A DNA stretch of 24,402 nucleotides from Actinomycetota bacterium. Its GTDB lineage: Bacteria > Actinomycetota > Acidimicrobiia > Spongiisociales > UBA4744. The notes under the pieces were generated by a model that saw only the letters and a program-made list of their open reading frames with translations, was not told the DNA's origin and searched no databases. The position numbers and the translations under genes were made by a program. Shown piece by piece: positions 19,898 through 24,402 of this stretch. The stretch lies in NCBI GenBank assembly GCA_013152275.1, contig JAADGS010000063.1, forward strand, positions 62,001 through 86,402. The letters run 5' to 3'. Position 1 is the stretch's first letter, and every line of letters starts with the position of its first letter.

Positions 19898-20488
19898 ATG
19901 GAGGCGACTACGTACGATCCACAGACGGCGCTGATCGTCGTCGACGTGCAGAATGACTTCGCAGACACAAACGGCAGCCTCTCCGTCCGGGACGGAGCGA
20001 GCATCATCCCTGTGATCAACGCCGAGATCGCCAAGGCACGAGACGCAGGGGCGATCGTCGTCTACACACGGGACTGGCATCCTGCTTCGACACCTCATTT
20101 CGCCAAGGACGGGGGGATCTGGCCCGTTCACTGCGTTGCCGGCACCTGGGGCGCCGAGTTCCATCCCGGCCTCGTCGTGAACGGACCGGAGATTCGCAAG
20201 GGCAGCAACGGTGAGGATGGCTACTCGGGATTCACGATGCGAGACGCGAAAACAGGAACGGAGATTCCGACCGAGCTCGATTCCCTGCTGAGGGACCGGA
20301 ATGTCGGGCGACTGGTCGTCGTTGGTCTCGCAACCGACTACTGCGTCAAGTCCACCGCGCTGGACGGACTGCGACTCGGGTATGACGTGACCGTTCTCCG
20401 CGGGGCGGTCCGAGCGGTGGACCTGCGAGAGGGAGACGGGGAACGGGCGCTCGGAGAAATCGAGGCCGCGGGCGGAACCGTCCGGTGA
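19898..20488 (+). CDS. pncA: Nicotinamidase/pyrazinamidase (isochorismatase family)
   Basis: DVQNDF, DWHP...H, WPVHCV, KG...YSGF and GLATDYCV. Confidence 0.9.
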   Translation: MEATTYDPQTALIVVDVQNDFADTNGSLSVRDGASIIPVINAEIAKARDAGAIVVYTRDWHPASTPHFAKDGGIWPVHCVAGTWGAEFHPGLVVNGPEIRKGSNGEDGYSGFTMRDAKTGTEIPTELDSLLRDRNVGRLVVVGLATDYCVKSTALDGLRLGYDVTVLRGAVRAVDLREGDGERALGEIEAAGGTVR

Positions 20489-21348
20489 TCGGCAACTGGA
20501 TTCGGAACGTCACCGGGCATACCGTCTGCGGTCTGCGGCTGATGCCCGGCGCCACGTCGTCCTCGGTATATGCCATCACACTCGAAGACGCCGCCCCGGT
20601 CGTCCTTCGCCTGTTCACGAACGAGCGCTGGCTTGCGAGTGAACCGGATCTGGCCACACATGAAGCAGCAGCCCTGACGCAGATGGAGCACATCGACCTC
20701 CCCACACCTCAGGTCATCGCGCTCGATCCGGATGGCTCGCAAACCGACGTCCCTGCCGTGCTGATGACCCTGCTGCCGGGAACCGTCGATCTGCGGCCTC
20801 ACGACCCCGACCTGTGGCTCGCGACTCTCGCCGAGCCGCTGAACGTCCTCCACGCGAGCCCGATACCCACCTTTGCCTGGAAGTATGACCCTTGGATCGA
20901 GCATGGCCTCCTTCAGCCACCGGAGTGGGTTGGACACCGCGACCTTTGGGAGAGGGCGTTCGACCTCTTTGTCCGAGGCATGCCGGAGACGCGGCCGTGT
21001 TTTCTGCACCGCGACTACCACCCGACCAACGTGCTCTGGACCGGCGGCGCCATCAGCGGGATCGTCGACTGGGTGAACGCGTGCGTCGGGCCTCCCGGTG
21101 CGGACGTCGCCCACTGCCGGCTGAACCTTGCGCTCATGTACGGGTACGAGACTGCAGAGCGATTCCTCGGGCATGTCGACGATGCCTACGATCCGATCTG
21201 GGACCTGGTCCCGGCCCTCTCGGCACTCGAAGGCTTCAGCCTCTACACACCGTGGGCCGACTTCGGACTGCAGCATCTGTCCGAGGAGCTCGTACGCGAA
21301 CGCCTCGAAGACTTCGTCGGCAGATCGCTGGCGGCACTAGGCGCCTGA
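20485..21348 (+). CDS. Aminoglycoside-phosphotransferase-family kinase (substrate unknown)
   Basis: Brenner motif HRDYHPTNVLW, IVDW and DVAHCR; GTGA overlap with the pncA stop. Confidence 0.85.
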   Translation: MIGNWIRNVTGHTVCGLRLMPGATSSSVYAITLEDAAPVVLRLFTNERWLASEPDLATHEAAALTQMEHIDLPTPQVIALDPDGSQTDVPAVLMTLLPGTVDLRPHDPDLWLATLAEPLNVLHASPIPTFAWKYDPWIEHGLLQPPEWVGHRDLWERAFDLFVRGMPETRPCFLHRDYHPTNVLWTGGAISGIVDWVNACVGPPGADVAHCRLNLALMYGYETAERFLGHVDDAYDPIWDLVPALSALEGFSLYTPWADFGLQHLSEELVRERLEDFVGRSLAALGA

Positions 21349-21360
21349 GAGACTCCGGAT

Positions 21361-22602
21361 TCAGGCTCTTGGTACGAGGCGCACCATACGCTCCAACGCC
21401 AGGTAGGCGGCCTCGCCGATACCTCTCTCCTCAGGATCGAGCAGGTTGGCCATCACCTTCAGCACCCACTCCATCAGCGGCTTCGATCGCAGGCCGGTGT
21501 GGGTCAGTGCCCACATGACACGCGGCTTGCCGATCGCCCTGACGAACAGCCTCGCCATCCGATAGTACAGACCATACGTGTCCTGGAGCTCGCATGGGTA
21601 GCGTTGGAGCAGGGAGAGATCGTCGGCAGCCAGTGCTTCGTGAACATGGCGAGCCGCGACACGGCCCGTCTCGTAGGCGTACGCGATTCCTTCACCATTC
21701 CACGCGTTGATCATTCCCGCCGCGTCGCCTGCCACCAGCCAGTTCGGACCGGCCAGGGGCCCCACCGAGAGCCCCATCGTCAGCTTTCCCCCCATCGGCT
21801 TGGCCAGCGCGCCGTCCTTTGTGAGGTCCCAGTACCGAGGCGCAGCACGTACGTAGGTGTCCAGCATCTTGGACGTGTTGACATGTTTCCAACGGGAGAA
21901 AGTCGACAGCAGGCCGACGCCGACGTTCACCGTCCCGTCACCGAGAGGAAACACCCACCCATAGCCGGGCATCTGCGCACCCGTCTCGTCTCGGATATCG
22001 AGCTGGCTCTCCATGAACCCGTCATCGGAACGGGGACTCGGGTAATAGCCTCGAAGAGCCATCCCCATCGGGTAATCCCTGCGACGCGACGTACCCAGCG
22101 TCCTCCCGAAGCGAGAGAGCGACCCGTCTGCGACCACGATGGCTCTCGGGTGGAGCACCTCCACACCCGAGGCCGAGAGAACGGAGACGCCGCCAACTCG
22201 CCCTCGATCGAAGATCGGGGTCGCTTCACGACCTTCGAGGACGGTGGCGCCCTGTTCCCTCACGAGTTCGGCGACTTGCGCATCGAGGTGGAGCCGACGA
22301 ATCACCCCACCCCATTTGGGAAAGATCGGATGGTCCGGCCACTCCATTTCGAGCCTTAGATCATTGCCCGCGTACGACCGCAGCCCTGACACTCGGTGGA
22401 ACTGGGGAACGGAGAAATCGAAGCCCATCTCTTGGAGTTGGAAGACCGATCGTGGTGTGAGGCCGTCCCCACACGTCTTCTCCCTCGGGTATGTCTTCTT
22501 CTCGAGGAGCGTCACCGACCTGCCGGCTCGGGCCAGCCAGTAGGCGGCTGCAGAACCTGCAGGTCCTCCGCCCACGACGACGACATCGGGTTGCTGCGTC
22601 AT
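21361..22602 (-). CDS. Geranylgeranyl reductase family FAD oxidoreductase (MenJ-like menaquinone side-chain reductase candidate)
   Basis: Start at MTQQPDVVVVGGGPAGS; PREKTCGDGLTPR, GYGWVFP and GDAAG...GEGIAYA motifs. Confidence 0.85.
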   Translation of the reverse strand: MTQQPDVVVVGGGPAGSAAAYWLARAGRSVTLLEKKTYPREKTCGDGLTPRSVFQLQEMGFDFSVPQFHRVSGLRSYAGNDLRLEMEWPDHPIFPKWGGVIRRLHLDAQVAELVREQGATVLEGREATPIFDRGRVGGVSVLSASGVEVLHPRAIVVADGSLSRFGRTLGTSRRRDYPMGMALRGYYPSPRSDDGFMESQLDIRDETGAQMPGYGWVFPLGDGTVNVGVGLLSTFSRWKHVNTSKMLDTYVRAAPRYWDLTKDGALAKPMGGKLTMGLSVGPLAGPNWLVAGDAAGMINAWNGEGIAYAYETGRVAARHVHEALAADDLSLLQRYPCELQDTYGLYYRMARLFVRAIGKPRVMWALTHTGLRSKPLMEWVLKVMANLLDPEERGIGEAAYLALERMVRLVPRA

Positions 22603-22639
22603 ACGGGCGATCAGCCTACCGGGCCTGAGCGCACAGCAG

Positions 22640-23047
22640 TCAGGGAACGATCGGGAGACCCGCCTGTGCCCAGGCCACGATCCCCCCACCAATGTCCTCC
22701 ACACGGGTAAAGCCGAGTTCACGCATGATCTTCAACGTCTTGCCGCTCCTGCTCCCGGTGCGGCAGTAGATGAGGTAGCGGTCGTTCTTGTCCAGCTGGG
22801 AGAGCTTGTCGCGAAAGTCCGTTGCGTAGAAGTCGATGTTCTCGGCACCTGCGAGCTTTCCAGCCCCATATTCCTCCGGCGTCCGAACGTCGAGCAGAAC
22901 GAAACCGGCATCGCCGAGATCGGCCTGAATCTCCTTGTACGCCTCTGCGGGCGTGATCGTCCTGATTTCCTGGGTGACAGTCGCCGTACCGCCACATGCG
23001 CCGGCCAAGACGCCCAAGACGACCATCATGATGAGTAGCTTGCGCAT
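22640..23047 (-). CDS. Rhodanese-domain lipoprotein (single-domain sulfurtransferase)
   Basis: GGAGG RBS, signal/lipobox-like MRKLLIMMVVLGVLAGA-C, LDVRTPEEY, active loop CRTGSR and GGIVAW. Confidence 0.88.
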   Translation of the reverse strand: MRKLLIMMVVLGVLAGACGGTATVTQEIRTITPAEAYKEIQADLGDAGFVLLDVRTPEEYGAGKLAGAENIDFYATDFRDKLSQLDKNDRYLIYCRTGSRSGKTLKIMRELGFTRVEDIGGGIVAWAQAGLPIVP

Positions 23048-23070
23048 GGTGTCCTCCAAAAGCGAGAATG

Positions 23071-23087
23071 ATACCCTCCGGGGGTAA
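23071..23087. promoter_or_regulatory. CsoR/CstR-family type operator ATACCCTCCGGGGGTAA upstream of the rhodanese gene
   Basis: TACCC-N5-GGGTA palindrome with C/G tracts, about 24 nt upstream of the rhodanese ATG, overlapping a minus-strand TATCAT -10-like hexamer (23068-23073). Confidence 0.65.
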
Positions 23088-23171
23088 TAACACGATCTCA
23101 ACGAGACCCTGCTGCTTCACCGACACCAGCCGACGCGGTCCATCGATTTCGACCGATCGCCACGCGCGAAT

Positions 23172-23813
23172 ATGGTTGACTTGGTGTCGAACCTTCCACA
23201 GCCAACCATCCATCGCCTTCCCCGCTACCTGTTCTGGCTCGAACAGTTGCGGGCGAAGATGGAGACCGTCTCATCCTCGGAGCTGGCGCGATTGGCCGAC
23301 GAGACTGCGGCCACCGTCAGACGGGACCTCTCCCACCTTGGCTCTCATGGTGTACGAGGTGTTGGGTACGACATCGATCGACTCACTGCCGAGATTCGTA
23401 ACCAGCTCGGCCTCTCACGGACCTGGAATGTCGTGATCATCGGCGCAGGGCACCTCGGGACGGCGCTCGCGCACTACGAAGGGTTTGAAGGGGAAGGGCT
23501 CCGGGTGATCGGAATCTACGACTCGGCGCCGGCCAAGATCGGTACCCGTGTCGAAACGCTGACCGTCAAACATCCCAGTCGGATGGCAGAAGATCTCGCC
23601 GGATCCTCCAGGGCTTTTGGCATCATCACCGTTCCACCGGATGCAGCACAGGACGCCGCCGATCTCCTGGTGGATGCCGGAGTCACCGGGATCCTCTCGT
23701 TTGCACCGGCACTGCTGACGATCCCCCGTCATGTATTCGTGCGGCATGTGGACCTCGCCACAGAACTCCACATGCTCGGTTACTACGCTGCCGTGCGTCA
23801 ACGTTCCGCGTGA
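23172..23813 (+). CDS. rex: Redox-sensing transcriptional repressor Rex
   Basis: TIHRLPRY, VSSSELA, VRRDLSHLGSHGVRGVGY, Rossmann GAGHLG, IITVP and GILSFAP. A leaderless GTG start at 23184 after TATGGT is possible. Confidence 0.92.
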   Translation: MVDLVSNLPQPTIHRLPRYLFWLEQLRAKMETVSSSELARLADETAATVRRDLSHLGSHGVRGVGYDIDRLTAEIRNQLGLSRTWNVVIIGAGHLGTALAHYEGFEGEGLRVIGIYDSAPAKIGTRVETLTVKHPSRMAEDLAGSSRAFGIITVPPDAAQDAADLLVDAGVTGILSFAPALLTIPRHVFVRHVDLATELHMLGYYAAVRQRSA

Positions 23814-23818
23814 GCCGA

Positions 23819-23917
23819 TCAGCGCTTCGAACGCTCACTCACGATCGCCAATACCCCCGTCAGGGCCAGCCCTGCCACGATGAGCAGGGAGATCGCGAGA
23901 ATGTCACATCCGCTCAT
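23819..23917 (-). CDS. Small 32-aa single-TM protein (MSGCDILAISLLIVAGLALTGVLAIVSERSKR)
   Basis: ATG overlaps the upstream gene's stop (TGATG); hydrophobic core followed by a basic tail. Confidence 0.55.
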   Translation of the reverse strand: MSGCDILAISLLIVAGLALTGVLAIVSERSKR

Positions 23918-24402
23918 CAGCCGGCAATCCACGGATAACCGAATCCGGACGTTCTCGCGATGAACCCGAGAATCGTCAAGACGACCAACGCGAGTACAAA
24001 GATGCCGAACACCAAGAGCCCGACCCTGCGGTCCTCCTGGTTCGTCGTGCGATCGATGAACGGAATGGCCAACAACCCGACGAGGATGAGCATCGGGACG
24101 TAGAAGCCCGCCACCTGTGGGTGCAGCCACGCCAGCAGCTGCTGGATCCACAACAGGTACCACGGCACCTTGGACGGGTCGACCACACCGCTCGCAGGTT
24201 CGAACAGAGGCGCGGGCGCGGCAAGAGCCAGCAACACGAGAAACGCCGCCAGGACACCCGCTGCAAAGAGCTCGATCTTGAACAGAGCCGGCCAGGGGTC
24301 GACGTGGTCTGACTGGATGTCCTCGGCTGCAACAGGTGCGGCGGGAACCGCTTCCGACACCGGAGCAGACACCTCCGCAGCCGCAGGAGCCACAGCCTCA
24401 GG
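23917..24402 (-). CDS. Cytochrome b C-terminal / subunit IV (PetD-like) domain protein of a Rieske/cytochrome b complex, 5' part beyond the right edge
   Basis: Frame is open to the edge. Contains WP.L..IE, APL..PA, SKVPWYLLWIQQLL (PEWY-equivalent) and LLAIPFIDR, with three TM helices after an Ala/Pro/Glu-rich linker. Confidence 0.72.
   Translation of the reverse strand, partial: PEAVAPAAAEVSAPVSEAVPAAPVAAEDIQSDHVDPWPALFKIELFAAGVLAAFLVLLALAAPAPLFEPASGVVDPSKVPWYLLWIQQLLAWLHPQVAGFYVPMLILVGLLAIPFIDRTTNQEDRRVGLLVFGIFVLALVVLTILGFIARTSGFGYPWIAG

Noticed and set aside
20485..21348. Aminoglycoside resistance gene
   Set aside because: Only generic APH/choline-kinase family motifs are present, and there is no mobile-element context.

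Overview
High-GC window, probably from an actinobacterium (Acidimicrobiia-like; this is inferred from protein style, gene order and leaderless-type TANNNT promoters). It is dominated by respiratory genes on the minus strand. From left to right: (1) the 5' end of a nitrate reductase/nitrite oxidoreductase alpha subunit, missed by the ORF track because it runs off the left edge. It is the last visible gene of a translationally coupled narK - Rrf2 regulator - membrane-anchored di-heme cytochrome c - narG/nxrA operon. (2) A secreted, membrane-anchored bactofilin-like protein. (3) A complete 14-gene nuoA-N complex I operon, with a duplicated palindromic 54-bp element between nuoD and nuoE and a perfect 22-bp hairpin after nuoN. 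(4) An Asp/Glu racemase and a divergent pncA plus APH-family kinase, separated by two opposed heptamer-repeat tracts. (5) A geranylgeranyl-reductase/MenJ-like gene. (6) A rhodanese lipoprotein preceded by a CsoR/CstR-type operator. (7) rex. (8) The 3' end of a non-canonical cytochrome b subunit-IV-like gene coupled to an unannotated 32-aa membrane peptide. The most notable candidate system is the Thermus-NarC/Nitrobacter-NXR-like nitrate/nitrite module with its embedded Fe-S Rrf2 sensor and a candidate operator. No rRNA, tRNA, CRISPR array or transposase was seen.
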